DNA of 64,000 bases, from assembly GCA_963735595.1 (NCBI GenBank), contig CAVTLK010000002.1, positions 608,001-672,000 on the forward strand. The letters run 5' to 3'. The position numbers and the translations under genes are program-made. Below are positions 18,087 to 29,693 of this stretch, piece after piece. The notes under the pieces are model-generated. The model was not told where the DNA came from. It was given only the letters and a program-made list of their open reading frames with translations, and did no database searches. This DNA comes from an uncultured delta proteobacterium. Its GTDB lineage: Bacteria > Desulfobacterota > Zymogenia > Zymogenales > Zymogenaceae. Position 1 is the first letter of the stretch, and every line of letters begins with the position of its first letter.

Positions 18087-21000
18087 CTATCGGCTCGGCC
18101 ACGGATAGGGCGAGCAGTAACAGTCCGGTAGTTGTCGTCGAGCGCTCGCCTGCAGGCCGATCAGCGCCGCGATACGGCGGGCCGTGTCCGTCACGTAGCG
18201 GACTTCGTCGGGGGTCAGGCCGCGTCCCAGCAACGGCTTTTCGCGGTACGACAGCCATTTCTTGATGACCTGGTAGCCGCCGATGGTGTATTCCCACACC
18301 GGCTCGGGGACGTTCTTCCAGTACGCGGCGTCGTTGAGGTAGACGTCATACGCGCCGTCGGCGCGCCGAATCAGTTTCCCCTTGCCCGGCATGGTCACGC
18401 CGCCCTTGCCCGCGTGGCCCCACCCGGCGGTGAGGTCGAGGTCGCCGGAGTTTGGGTTTGCCGGTTTGCCGTCCGCCCGCTCAAAGACCGCGATTGTTTT
18501 CAATTCCTCCCTGATTGCCCCCGTAGTCACGCCCGGCACGGGCGCTTCCGTATCCAGCAGCGCCGCGACCTCCCGCCCTAATTTCGCGGACGCGATCAGT
18601 GCGTCCTTTGCCTGCGGCAGGGGGATGCGGGGCCAGTCCTGCCGGATGCCGTCGGCGTTTTCGGAAAGATAGGCGGGGGAGTAGCCGACGGCCAGCGCGT
18701 GATACCAGATCAGCTCGGCGGTCGCCTGATCGGCGTCCGGGTCGGGCAGGCCGAGGGAGGCGAGATAGGCGCGGGAGGTGGGGGAGAAGTTAGCGGTGAT
18801 TTTCTCCGATTCGGCTTCCATGCCCGGTAAGGTGCGTTCGTTATCTGTGCCGCGACAACTCTACATTCGGCCCTTACTTAAGGTCGCAACGGGAAATGAT
18901 AGGCATGTCCCCGAGATAAAGTCAAAGTTCACCAAGCGCTTTCGTCCAAGTAAAACGGAACGCCTTCCGGGCTGCGCTACTGCGCCGGCCGACTAACAAG
19001 AAACGAGTTTCCATCGATAGGTGTGTCTAGAGTAGTACGGTCGCGGTTCGTTCCATAAGGGGCGTACCCGGACTGTAATAGCACCACTGCAGATCAAACG
19101 GCCGGAGCATATATCGAAGCAATCGGCGCTATCTGAACATATCTCATTAGTCTAGACACGTTCTCGTGTCTTTTACGGGCATCGAATCTCGCAGCATCCT
19201 TTGTAAAACCAGGCCAAAAACTACTATTTCGTTCCAATGGTTTCGCTTTGTCAAGATAGGCTTGCATCCGCTTCTCAAGATCGTCTCGGTTGATCAGCGA
19301 TTAGAGCGAAACCCACGATTCTCCTTAAATCCAGTGATCGGCGCTCCGTCGACAGACATCCGAGAGTTTCGGCCAAGTGGAGTAGGCACTGCAGACATCC
19401 GACGGCCGGAAAGTCCAGCGGTTGTCTTTTCAGAGGATTGGACATCTGATACTGGGCGTCGAAATCCGTGGTATCGAGGCTGGCGAGGATGTCCGCGCGT
19501 TTCGCCGTGCCCCAGAAATGGCGGAAACGTACTTGCGGTTCCGTTTCCCGCGTGCGGCTCCGTTTCACGAGCAGGCCAATGGCCGTACCGACGCGGATGC
19601 CTTCGCGGTTCCATTCCGTCGAGAATACCGATGGGTCGGGCTTGCCTTCGGGCGTCAGCTTTCCCGTTTCGCGGCTGTCGCCGTTCATACAGTCTATCCA
19701 GATCGCGTCAAATTCGTCGAGAAACCGTCTCCGTGCAACGACGAAGGAGGGGTCGCCAATGTATGAGAAATTCGAGATGAACGAAACAACCCCCCGCCCG
19801 CCGTGCTCCGCTATACGTTTTTCGGCAAGGCGGAAGAATCGGATATAGAGGTCATCGAGGTTGTACTTTTTAATGCCCCATTCGGAAGCAAGGCCCTTCT
19901 TGTACGGCTCCACAAGGCCGTGCTCTTCCTCCGGGCTGACCCCGGCAAAGGCGTTATACGGCGGGTTGCCGAGGATAACGAGTATCGGCTTTTCGAGCTT
20001 GACCTTTCCGGCGGCGTCCAGCTCGTCTTTAAAACCGGGAAAGGCAATCTCTATTGGTTTTCCTTTGGGCGGCTCCCAGCCGGTGAGCGCGTTGGTCAGG
20101 TAGACGCCGGCGCGCTCCGGCGCGTCGCCCGCATCGGACAATGGCGCGCCGAGGTTTTCCAGCTCAAGGCCGATCTGCAGGTGAGATATGACGAACGGCG
20201 CGGGCAGGATCTCGAAACCGAATACGCGCTCGATTGCGGCTTTCTTGAGGTCGTGGGCCACCAGCGCGTCGCCGCCCCGGTCGTGCAGCGTTTCCCGGAT
20301 ACGCCTGAGCACCGCCCGCAGGTACGCGCCCGTCCCGCAGCAGGGGTCAAGGACGATCACGTTGCGGTCGGCAAGTCCGTCGGCGACGCCAAGTTCCGAG
20401 CGCAGCACGGCGTCCACCCGCTCCACCTGATAGCGGACGATCTCCTCCGGGGTGTACCAGACCCCAAGCTCCTTGCGAAGCGCGGGGTCAAACGCCTGCA
20501 GGAACGGCTCGTAGAAATACTGGACCGCGTGCCCCTCGTCGAACGATTTGAAAAACTCCGCACGGTCCACGCGGTTGAGCGCGGCGGCCGTCCAGTCCAG
20601 CACCTCGATCAGCCCCAGCGCGCCGAGGCGGGCGGGGTCGGCCACCTGAACGAACAGGGCGCGGAGTATCGGAACGCGCAAGAGCCACTGCGACAATTTC
20701 CAGTCGAAATCGCCCGCCATTACAGAGGTCGCGCCGGACTCACGGATAGCGTCCTTATAGGCCGTTTTCGCGTCCGGCGCGGCGTCGTGCTTTCTGGCCC
20801 ACAAGACCCACGCCGAAAAGACCCCGTAAAAGAGCGTCTGGATAAGGGTCGAGCGGAAGAAGTGCTCGCCCTTTGCCCCCTCGAACCGCAGGCCGAGGGC
20901 GTCTTCAAGCGCCTGACGGAGCGACGCGAGGGCCGGGAGATCGGCCTTTTCGATGCGGAGCAGCGCATCATGCGCGTAAGAGGCAAGGATGCCGGCAACG

Positions 21001-21578
21001 TCCTGCGGGGCGGCGAGCGGGGCGTTGTGGAGCAGCACCCGTTTGAGATATTCCACCATGCGCGGGCCGTGTTCGGCCGCCGTCTTTTTGGGATGGGCCG
21101 CAAGCCGCCAGAAGTCGGCCTCGGAGCCGGCAAGCGAGAAGGATTCCAGCGCGGTGGGCCGCCCCGAAGGGCCTTTTCCGACGAGTGCGAATCCCCGGAA
21201 GTTGGTGACCAGCACCACGCCGTAACGCTTCAAGTATTTCTCTACCTGCTCGGTTTCGGCAACGGCCCGGACTTCTTCGTTCAGGGGTTTGGCTTCCAAT
21301 ACCCCACGCGACGGGTTCTGGGCGGTGGAGAGATCATCGCCTTGCGATTCCGCGGCGATGCGGCGTAACTGGTCGGCGGAAAACAGGCCGCCGTCAGGTA
21401 ACCCTGCACCTTTGTTCTTAAGGTTGATGATGCAACGGACTTTCGGATTGAGGGTCTTACCGATGTCGGTGATGAGGCCTTCCAGCGGCGGGTAAAACGA
21501 GGTCTCGGGTACGTTCGAGCCCGTGCGCTTGATTTCGGCCATTTCGGCAAGGTATCGTTTTACTATATCTTCGGGCAT
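18087..21578 (-). CDS. Single-polypeptide restriction-modification enzyme (Type IIG/Type ISP-like N6-adenine MTase with C-terminal specificity domain), multiply frameshifted
   Basis: PDG...LEAK nuclease-like motif, GVWYTP, LDPCCGTGAYL (motif I), GNPPY (motif IV), RPFDLQWCYY and WEYTIGGYQVIKKWLSYR. Confidence 0.85.
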
Positions 21579-21602
21579 GATACCTATCGTCCAAATCCGG
21601 AT

Positions 21603-21716
21603 CGGACACCACATGTGGTGTCCCTACGGTTTGAAGGACGCGCTGTTTGTGAAGACGGATAAGCGGGTTTGATGGACAGCGATGAATAATCCGTAGGGGC
21701 ACGACATGTCGTGCCC
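21603..21716. repeat. GTAG-type REP doublet (family B)
   Basis: CGGACACCACATGTGGTGTCCCTACGG and CGTAGGGGCACGACATGTCGTGCCC; the same pair recurs at 46482-46560. Confidence 0.85.
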
Positions 21717-21826
21717 TGTATTAGCCTCGACAAATAATAACGTTACTGTTGCCTCGTGTCAATCAATTAACTAAGAAAACAACGGCATAGGTTCCTTATA
21801 CCCGCGTCCGGCCCAGCGCACCTTCC

Positions 21827-22297
21827 CTATTTTTTCCCCTTGTGGTTCTGTGGGGCCGGCATTCCCTCCTTGCAGACGGCGACCCCCAGCCAGCAGGCGC
21901 CGACGGCAAGGCCGACGTAGAGCGCCAGGAACTTCCAATCTTTCAGGGCGGTCAAGAAGGTTAGCGTGATCCCCTCGATGGTGACGGTCCCCCCCTGATC
22001 GTGGATGATGGAGCCGATGTAGAGGCAGGTCCCGATCAGTATGCTGAGCAGGGTGCCGTAGAGGGTTATCGCCACGCCCACCCGGTCCACGGTCCCCATC
22101 CCCCGCTTGACGGCCGAGCCGATCAGCCACCCGATGGCCAGCATGAGCCCCATGTTGAACTCCTCGGTAACCGCGATGAGGATCGCCCACCCGACTCCGG
22201 AGATCAACGTTGCGGTAAGCCCGAAAAACGCCCCCCGGCCGTAGTTGGGGATGGGCAGGCGGGAGGGGTCCTGGGGCGGCACCTTACGAAAGATCAT
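21827..22297 (-). CDS. Hypothetical membrane protein, homologous to the C-terminal half of the upstream gene
   Basis: About 4 TM helices; KRGMGTVDRVG versus KKAMGRVDRIG in the upstream gene. Confidence 0.7.
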   Translation of the reverse strand: MIFRKVPPQDPSRLPIPNYGRGAFFGLTATLISGVGWAILIAVTEEFNMGLMLAIGWLIGSAVKRGMGTVDRVGVAITLYGTLLSILIGTCLYIGSIIHDQGGTVTIEGITLTFLTALKDWKFLALYVGLAVGACWLGVAVCKEGMPAPQNHKGKK

Positions 22298-23204
22298 CGC
22301 CTTTCGCGTCCCTTTCCATCTTCGAGAGGGTGGCCACCCCGATCCATACGCCGGCTAAAGCGAAGATGACCGTGAAGATCAGGGTGCGCGGGTTGTTCAT
22401 CATGATGTTCATATAGCCGTGGTACGCCAACGAGGTATCGAGACGTCCGGTCGCCTTGCCGATAAACCAGATATTGGCGAGTATCTCACCGGCGAATATC
22501 GACGCGAGGACGAGCACGGCCGCGATCACGTACCCGATGCGGTCGACCCGTCCCATCGCCTTTTTCATGAAAAAGGCCACCATTACGCCGATCCCGATCG
22601 AAAGGATGAGATAGGTGCTCTTGAACAGGATGATGACTGCCGCCCACGCGAGGGCCCCCAGCGCCGCCCCGATCAGCCCCGGAATGATCCCCTTTACGTA
22701 CGCGGGGTTCATGGCCTCGTAGGCCATCCGCTGCGTATCCCGCTTGGCGCGCAGCGTCTCGGCGCAGCCGGGGCAGACGATCGCCGGCAGCCCGCCCTTC
22801 ACGACGAGGTTCTTCGTTTCGGGCCTGCTGCAGACCTCGCACGCCCTGGGCGGCGGCCCGAAGCTGGCGGCAATCGCCGGCATCAGGGAGTCAATGGCCG
22901 CGATAGCGTTCCCCTTGAGCTTGCCCTTGAACAGCGAATAGGGGATGAGGTATTGAAGCGAACCGTCGCCGATACTCTTGAGCATCGACGCCTTGAGACC
23001 CTTTGTGTTCTTTACGGCCTTCTTGAGGGCGGTTAAATCGCCCGGGGCCGTCCGTATGGTAATGGAGACAGCATCGAAGTTGCCGTAGTTGACCGACCGC
23101 ACCAGGACGGGGAAATCGCTGATCATCCCGACTAGAGAGCCGTCCTCGCGGACGGAGAGCCCCCGTTCATGCCCGATCTCTTTGAGTATATCCTGAATCT
23201 TCAT
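22284..23204 (-). CDS. Hypothetical membrane protein with a CxxC...CxxC motif
   Basis: Soluble N-domain, CEVC/CPGC, then about 4 TM helices. Confidence 0.7.
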   Translation of the reverse strand: MKIQDILKEIGHERGLSVREDGSLVGMISDFPVLVRSVNYGNFDAVSITIRTAPGDLTALKKAVKNTKGLKASMLKSIGDGSLQYLIPYSLFKGKLKGNAIAAIDSLMPAIAASFGPPPRACEVCSRPETKNLVVKGGLPAIVCPGCAETLRAKRDTQRMAYEAMNPAYVKGIIPGLIGAALGALAWAAVIILFKSTYLILSIGIGVMVAFFMKKAMGRVDRIGYVIAAVLVLASIFAGEILANIWFIGKATGRLDTSLAYHGYMNIMMNNPRTLIFTVIFALAGVWIGVATLSKMERDAKGDDLS

Positions 23205-23231
23205 GGATACAATCCTGCAATCGTATGAAAG

Positions 23232-23264
23232 AAATCGGCGGGGCGGCCGCCGCCCCGCCGGAAA
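23232..23264 (-). terminator. Intrinsic terminator after the acyl-CoA ligase
   Basis: CGGCGGGGCGG-CCGCCCCGCCG GC-rich hairpin. Confidence 0.6.
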
Positions 23265-23279
23265 GATAGAATCAACCCG

Positions 23280-24972
23280 TCAGGTCATCTGCTTGCGCAG
23301 CTCGCGCTTGAGGATCTTACCGACGGCGCTGGTCGGGAGCGTATCCATGAAATCAATGCGCTTGGGGACCTTGTAGGGCGCGACCTTCTCTTTCATGTAG
23401 TCCAGGATCTTCTCCCGTTCGCGCCTCGCTCTTTTCGATACCCGGCTTCAGGACGATAGCCGTGGCCACGATCTCGGAACCCGGGCTTGTTCGGATCGGG
23501 AAGCCCGATCGTGGCGGCCATGTCGATATCGGGGTGCTCCATGAGCGTGTCGTCCACCGTGCGGGTGAAGACCTTGAAGCCGGAGACGTTGACCATATCC
23601 TTGAGACGGTCCACGACGTAGAAATAGCCGTCTTCGTCCATCGTGCAGACGTCGCCGGTGTATATCCAGCCGTCGCGCAGGGTATTGGCCGTCTCCTCGG
23701 GCTTATTGTGGTAGCCCAGCGTGAAGACCTGGGGCCCCCTGGCGACCAGCTCTCCCGGCTCTCCCTGGGGGGCGGGTTTGCCCGTCTCGGGGTCGATGAG
23801 CCTCACGTCGGTGTCCGGATAGGGGATACCGACCGAACCCGGCCTTCTTCATGCCGAATCGCGGCAGGCTCGTGAGGACCGGCGTGGTCTCGGTCATGCC
23901 GACCACCTCCACCAGCTTTCCCTTGCCCACGACCGTTCGAACTCGTTGATATACTCGGGCGGGAAACGGCGCCGCGCCGGAGACGAACCATTCGACGGAC
24001 GAGAAATCGAGCGCGCGGAACCCGGGTCGTTTGAGAAGCTCCAGGAAGATCGTCGGGACGTTGACGATTCCGTTGGGCTTCTCGGCGTTGATCGTCTTGA
24101 TGATGAAGTCGATATCACGCGGATTTGGTATGGCGACCTGGGTGATGCCGAGGGCCATGGACATCATACCGATAAAGAGTCCCGCCTGGTGAAAGAGCGG
24201 AAAGGCAGACAGAACCTTGTCACGTCCGATTTCGAGGTCCATCCACGCCTTGATCTGGGCGATGTGCCGCACGAGGTTGGCATGGGTGAGCAGGGCCCCC
24301 TTGGGCGGTCCGGTCGTGCCGCCGGTATACTGCATCAGGGCCGGGGCATCGACGGGCACGGCCCGCTCGACAGGATCGGCAATCGGTCCCGGGGATCGCG
24401 TCAAGAAACCGGGAGACCATGACTCCTTCAATCGGGTCGACAGGGCCGGTCGGAATCTTCTTGAGGAGCGTCCCGAGGAATTTTTTTACCGGGGGGAGAA
24501 AGTCGGCGATACCGGCAACGAGCACCGTCTTGACCGGCGTCTTCGCGACGACCTCGGCGGCTTTGGGAAATAGAAGATCGAGCGTCACGAGGACCTTCGA
24601 CCCGGAGTCGTTGAGCTGATATTCGAGCTCCTTTGCCGAAAGCAGCGGGCTCACCCCGGAGAGGACGCAGCCCGCCTTCATGATCCCGACGATGGCGATG
24701 TAGTAGGCCGGGATGTTGGGGAGGTTGACGCCGACCGTATCGCCCGTCTTCAACCCTTGATCAACAAGAAACCGGGCAAACCGGTTGGACAGGGCGTCCA
24801 GTTCGGCAAAGGTGATCGACCGTCCCATGTACTTCACGGCGGTCCGTTTGGGCAGCCTTTGCGCGGTCTCGGAAAAAAGCCGGGCGTATGACTTGTCGTC
24901 GTAGGTCAGGTGCTCGGGAACGTGGGGATCGTAGAATTTCATCCAGGGCTTCTTGGAATAGATGTCGTCCAT
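23280..24972 (-). CDS. Long-chain-fatty-acid--CoA ligase (several apparent frameshifts)
   Basis: YTGGTTGPPKG, GMTET, GELVARGPQV, TGD...DRLKDM and the C-terminal GKILKRELR, spread across frames. Confidence 0.85.
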
Positions 24973-25138
24973 GTATTACCTCATACTATATATTAAGAAA
25001 AATACGGGTAAAGCATCCATGCATGTATTCCTGTCTCGTGTCCTGTCTTCCGGCTACGCACGAACGCGCCCTTCTTTTGTCGGCGGTCCGCGCCGCGCTA
25101 GCACCCGCAACCGGCTGTTTCCGCGGGCGGCCGATGGA

Positions 25139-25923
25139 TTACGACTTCTTCTCTTTCGCCACCTCCTTGAGCGCCGCCCGGGAGCGGTCCGGGTCTATGA
25201 CTTCGCGCCACTTCATGAACCCCCGGGCCTCCAAGCGCCATCCCGTCGGCAAGCGTGAGGCGCAGCCCCCCGTTGATGATCTCCTTGATTTTCAGGAGCG
25301 CTCCCTTGTTGGTCTTTCGGATCTTTTCGGCGATATCGAGCGCCGTTTCCATGAGCTTGTCGTCCGGAACGACCCGGCCGACCAGCCCAAACGACAGCGC
25401 CTCGGCGGCGTCGATGAATTCGCCGGTAAACGACATCTCCCGCGCCTTGACCGGCCCCACCAGCCGCGGCAGTATCTGGCTCATTCCGGCGCCGGGGACG
25501 ATACCCACCCGGGCGTGCGTGTCGGCAAACCTCGCGGATTCGGCAGCGATGATGATGTCGCACGAGATCACGAGCTCCAGCGCCCCGGTTACGGCGTACC
25601 CGTTGACCGCGGCGATCGTCGGCTTTTTCATCTTCGCAAGCGCAGAAAACGTCTCCTCGCCCGGCAAACAGGCCCGTAAACGACGGGTCTTCCTCGCCCA
25701 TCTTGAAGCTGTCGAAGTCCTTCATGTCGATGCCGGCGGAAAAGGCCGCTGCCGGCCCCCGTGAGGATGATGACGTCAACGTCCTCGGCGCATCCGCGGC
25801 CAGCAGGGCGTCGCGCAGCTCCCTGAGGAGCGCCAGCGACAGGGCGTTTCTCACTTCCGGTCTGTTAAGGGTGATGACGGCCACGCCGTCGGTGATTTCC
25901 TTCTTAATGAACTGATAGCCCAT
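25139..25923 (-). CDS. Enoyl-CoA hydratase/isomerase (apparent frameshifts)
   Basis: ITLNRPEVRNAL, FSAGID, AAVNGYAVTGALEL and FADTHARVGIVPG. Confidence 0.85.
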
Positions 25924-25960
25924 GGGATACTCCCTTCGATATGAATAGATGATCTCGCGG

Positions 25961-26977
25961 TTACGTGTGGAGCCGGATGACGCATCCCCCGTCGATTTGC
26001 ACCTTACTCTGCCGGGCAAGGCGGATCGTGATCCCCCTGACGAGATTAAGGGCATTGGTCAGGAGCGGGCCGAACGCGTTTGGATAGACCATTCCGGTCA
26101 GGGACGCGATGGTCTGATCTCCGTTGGAGCGCAGCGCCTGTTCACCCTGCCCGGTTACGCGCTCCTGGACAGCTAGGATCCTTCGGGAGAGCCGCCGTCG
26201 CCTGGGAGATCGGCCCCGCCGTGGCCGGGAAACAGGAGCGCGGGATCGAAATCGGCTACGAGGTCGAGAGAATCGCGGTAATCGTCGTACATGTTGAGCC
26301 AGCCGTCGGCCTCTCTCTCGACCATGACCAGGGCAAGAGGGTCGTAGGCGGTGGATATCAGGTCTCCGGAAAAGAGGATATCATCCTCCTCGAGCAGGAA
26401 CGAGACGGAGCCCCTTCGTGTGTCCCGGCGTTTCGACAACACGGATCAGTCCCGCGCCGCTCTCGAATCGATCGTCGGCCTGTATAAAGCCGCTGATTAT
26501 CTCCCTGTTGTCGTTCCCGGCCTCTTCCCGGTAGTGTTCCTGTTCGGCGGATGCTAACGACCGCATCTGCCTTATCTTCTCGGACTCGACGCCCATGTCG
26601 CGGTAATAGGCGAATACCCGATCGAAATAGTCCGAGAAGGAATGGGGGGCGAGCAACCGGGAGTCGTGCTCGTGGAGCAGGACCCTGGCTCCCGAGGTCC
26701 GGTGAATCCTGCGCGCCATGCCCGAGTGATCGGGGTGGCCGTGGGTGAGCAGCACGATCCCAATATCGGCCACGTCCTTCCCGTAAGGCGAGAGCCCGGC
26801 GTCGAGCGCCGCGAAACAGGCCTCGCCGAAAAAGCCGGTATCGATGAGGACGGGCGTAGGGCCGTCGATATAGTAGACGTTGATATGATCAATGATAAGG
26901 GGGATCGGAATCCGGATCGGTATGATCCCCCGCTCACGGAGATAGGCCCTTCTTTTCTCTTTGTCGGAAAAGTCCAT
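25961..26977 (-). CDS. MBL-fold metallo-hydrolase (apparent frameshifts)
   Basis: LIDTG, THGHPDHSG, TPGHT, FSGD and PGHG. Confidence 0.85.
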
Positions 26978-27013
26978 GAGATATCGTCATCGGGTCGGGC
27001 CGAGAGGCTGCCG

Positions 27014-27484
27014 TTATCCCTTATACAGGTGCGCCATGCCCGGTATCTTCGCGGTGGTCTTCGTCTCGTATCCGTAGACCATGTAATAGATGAGGTGATC
27101 GAAGAAATTGACGACCCGGTTGTTTATCTCGAGGACCTGGTAAAGCTCAAAGGCCGTTGAGAGAAACCCGTGAGACAGGACGAAGAGCCATATATGCCGC
27201 TTGAGGAGGAGGTGGGCGGAGACGATATCCTCGATCGGAAGGCCCTCGTCGGCCCGCTGCTTACCCAGTTCGATGTACAAGTCCTTCAGCTCCGACGGCT
27301 TCTTCTGCTCGTCAAGCCAATCGCCGAGCTGGCGCAGCACCGTCGTGCCGTAGGGGACGCAAACTTGCGCTTCAACGCTGCGAAAAGCGGGGGTCGTCTC
27401 ATTCTCATGGATCTCGCTGCACCAGTACTTAACGATCTCGTCGATGTTGTCCTTGATGAGCCGCACGAATTTTTCGGATATCAT
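27014..27484 (-). CDS. Stand-alone RsbRD-N-like (globin-like sensor) domain protein
   Basis: IVKYW...LGKQRADEGLP...LLKRHIW...FFD pattern. Confidence 0.55.
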   Translation of the reverse strand: MISEKFVRLIKDNIDEIVKYWCSEIHENETTPAFRSVEAQVCVPYGTTVLRQLGDWLDEQKKPSELKDLYIELGKQRADEGLPIEDIVSAHLLLKRHIWLFVLSHGFLSTAFELYQVLEINNRVVNFFDHLIYYMVYGYETKTTAKIPGMAHLYKG

Positions 27485-27516
27485 GATTGCCTCCGCGTTG
27501 GTGGATTATACCTATT

Positions 27517-27545
27517 ATTATAGGGAGTCATGGGTGACTTGTCAA
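27517..27545 (-). promoter_or_regulatory. Perfect-consensus sigma70 promoter with a palindromic spacer
   Basis: Minus strand TTGACA-17 nt-TATAAT; the spacer contains AGTCA-N4-TGACT. Confidence 0.8.
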
Positions 27546-27786
27546 ACAATTCTCCGCAGGTACCGGATAATTTGTCAAATATACTATCGTTCCCGTAAAT
27601 GGAACGAATCGGGTGACAAGAACGGGCTTTTTGACACACGGCCGTCGGCGCCGGTCCCTTGCGAGACGAGCCGCGCCTGACGGGCCAAAAGGCCGCCCTG
27701 TGGTCATTGACAGACCGGGATAAATGCGGTACGGTTATCAAGATTGGCCATGCCTCCAACTCTTTATTCCCTTGGGTGAATGACGA

Positions 27787-28320
27787 ATGAAGATCGTTGC
27801 CCTCATAGGAAGCCCGCGTAAGGCGGGCAATACCGACCTCGTGGTGGATGCCGTTATTGACGGCGCCCGCTCGGCCGGACATGACGCGGAAAAGCTCTAC
27901 CTCTACGGCCGGGACATACGGCCCTGCGTTGACTGCCGCGGCTGCAAGCGCGGCGACTTCCAGTGCGTCCTGAAAGACGACATGGCCGGTATCTACCCGC
28001 GGCTCCGGGACGCCGACGTGATTATTTTCGGGACGCCGGTCTACTGGTACGGTCCCACGGCCGTGATGAAGCTCTTCGTGGACCGGCTGCGGCCGTTCAT
28101 TGCCGACGGCGGGCTGAAGGGAAAGAAGGGGCTGGTGGTGGTCCCCTCAGAAGAGGGGCCGGGCTGCTGCGGGCCGCTTCTGGAGATGTTCCGCATGTCG
28201 TTCGGCTACCTGGGCATGGAGCCGGCCGGAGAGATCATGGTTTCCGCCTACGAGAAGGGAGAGATACGCCGGCAACCTCAGGAACTCGAACGGGCCCATA
28301 GAATCGGCGCCGCCCTGTAG
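27787..28320 (+). CDS. Flavodoxin family / iron-sulfur flavoprotein (NADPH-dependent FMN reductase-like)
   Basis: GSPRKAGNT, CVDCRGC....C, DDM and GTPVYW. Confidence 0.9.
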   Translation: MKIVALIGSPRKAGNTDLVVDAVIDGARSAGHDAEKLYLYGRDIRPCVDCRGCKRGDFQCVLKDDMAGIYPRLRDADVIIFGTPVYWYGPTAVMKLFVDRLRPFIADGGLKGKKGLVVVPSEEGPGCCGPLLEMFRMSFGYLGMEPAGEIMVSAYEKGEIRRQPQELERAHRIGAAL

Positions 28321-28486
28321 CCCTTCCGGCCCGCCCTCCCGCCTTTTGTGCCCCCCCGAACACGGCATACGCAAGGGCCGGGGCGTACCGCTCGGTATCC
28401 CGTGACGCTAATTCCCTCCGCGGACTTGCGTCGATTATCAGCAGTTCCGACACTCCGCTATGTGCCTGAAAAACGGGTCGCCCCCC

Positions 28487-28514
28487 CTTGACACGCCGAT
28501 TTGCATGATTATCT
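28487..28514 (+). promoter_or_regulatory. Putative heat-shock (sigma32-like) or sigma70 promoter of the hsp20 pair
   Basis: CTTGAC-15 nt-ATTATCT; same spacing as the site upstream of dnaK. Confidence 0.45.
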
Positions 28515-28556
28515 TAAAACTCAGGATAAAATATATCTGTAAAAAGGAGGCAGGCA

Positions 28557-29006
28557 ATGACACGGTACAGATGGTATATTGACCGGAGCCCCTTCGTCTC
28601 CGAGTTCGGAAAACTCCAGCGGGAGATGACGCGGCTCTGGGACCAGGCCTATTCCCAGAACGGATCGCACGAGGGGATGGGGATTTTCCCGCCCGTTAGC
28701 GTCCGGGAAGACCGGGACAACTACTACGTTACCGCCGAGATCCCGGGGGTCCAGGAAAAGGACCTGGAGGTCACCGCGGTGTCGGGCAGCCTTACCATCA
28801 AGGGGGAGCGCACGATCGATGTCCAGGAGGGCGTCAGCTATCACCGCCGCGAGCGGGATGCGGGCAAGTTCTCGCGGGCAATCACCATGGGCGACCGGAT
28901 CAACCCCGATAAGGTTGAGGCAAACCTGAAGAACGGCGTATTGACCGTCGTAGTCGGTAAGGCCGAAGAAGCCAAACCCAGGCAAATAACGATCACGGCG
29001 AGCTAA
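28557..29006 (+). CDS. Hsp20/alpha-crystallin small heat-shock protein
   Basis: FPPVSV, AEIPGV, RRER..GKFSR and ANLKNGVLTV. Confidence 0.95.
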   Translation: MTRYRWYIDRSPFVSEFGKLQREMTRLWDQAYSQNGSHEGMGIFPPVSVREDRDNYYVTAEIPGVQEKDLEVTAVSGSLTIKGERTIDVQEGVSYHRRERDAGKFSRAITMGDRINPDKVEANLKNGVLTVVVGKAEEAKPRQITITAS

Positions 29007-29018
29007 CAGGAGGCAGGC

Positions 29019-29414
29019 ATGAAGAATAAAGAGATAGAGTTGAAAGACAAGGAACAGTCCGGTATCATGAGCGCGGCCGAGATCACTCGGGAGGGCCCGG
29101 TCTATACCCCGCGGGTCGATATCTGGGAGAACGAAAAGGAGCTCACGCTGATGGCCGACATACCGGGTGTGGAGCCTGACGGCCTGGAGATAGATCTTCG
29201 GGACAATGTCCTGACCATCATGGGCAAGGTCAAGCCGGAGGAAGAGCACCGTTATATCCTCAAGGAGTTCGGCGTCGGCAACTACTACCGCCAGTTCACG
29301 CTCTCGGAGGTAATCGACCAGGAGAAGATAGCCGCCGGGATCAAGAACGGCGTATTGACCCTCACGCTTCCCAAGGTGGAAAAGGCCAAGCCGCGAAGGA
29401 TCGAGGTTCACTGA
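29019..29414 (+). CDS. Hsp20/alpha-crystallin small heat-shock protein
   Basis: PRVDIWE, ADIPGV, YYRQFTL and KNGVLTLTLPK. Confidence 0.95.
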   Translation: MKNKEIELKDKEQSGIMSAAEITREGPVYTPRVDIWENEKELTLMADIPGVEPDGLEIDLRDNVLTIMGKVKPEEEHRYILKEFGVGNYYRQFTLSEVIDQEKIAAGIKNGVLTLTLPKVEKAKPRRIEVH

Positions 29415-29693
29415 ATAATCCACTCCGCACGCGCCGCATGAAGAATATGTCGGCAACGCCGCCCGCAGCCAGACTCTATGGCCGCGGGCGGAAGCATTTT
29501 CATGGAAACCGGGTGCCGATGGGACCTACGCCGCGATCCCAAAACCGCTTTCCATCACAAAGATTCCGGCGTACAATATCAGTTGGGCAGTTGGGGCCGA
29601 AAAGCCGGCGTCATACTCGCGACGGCCGGTATCCGGTTACGGCGTGACTTCACCTGACCCGGCAAATCATTCGGGTAAATGGGGGCTGGTCTG

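Noticed and set aside
29415..29693. Structured RNA or small ORF between hsp20 and the J-domain gene
   Set aside because: It has some GC hairpins and a 69-aa ORF, but no recognisable RNA family, RBS or coding signal.
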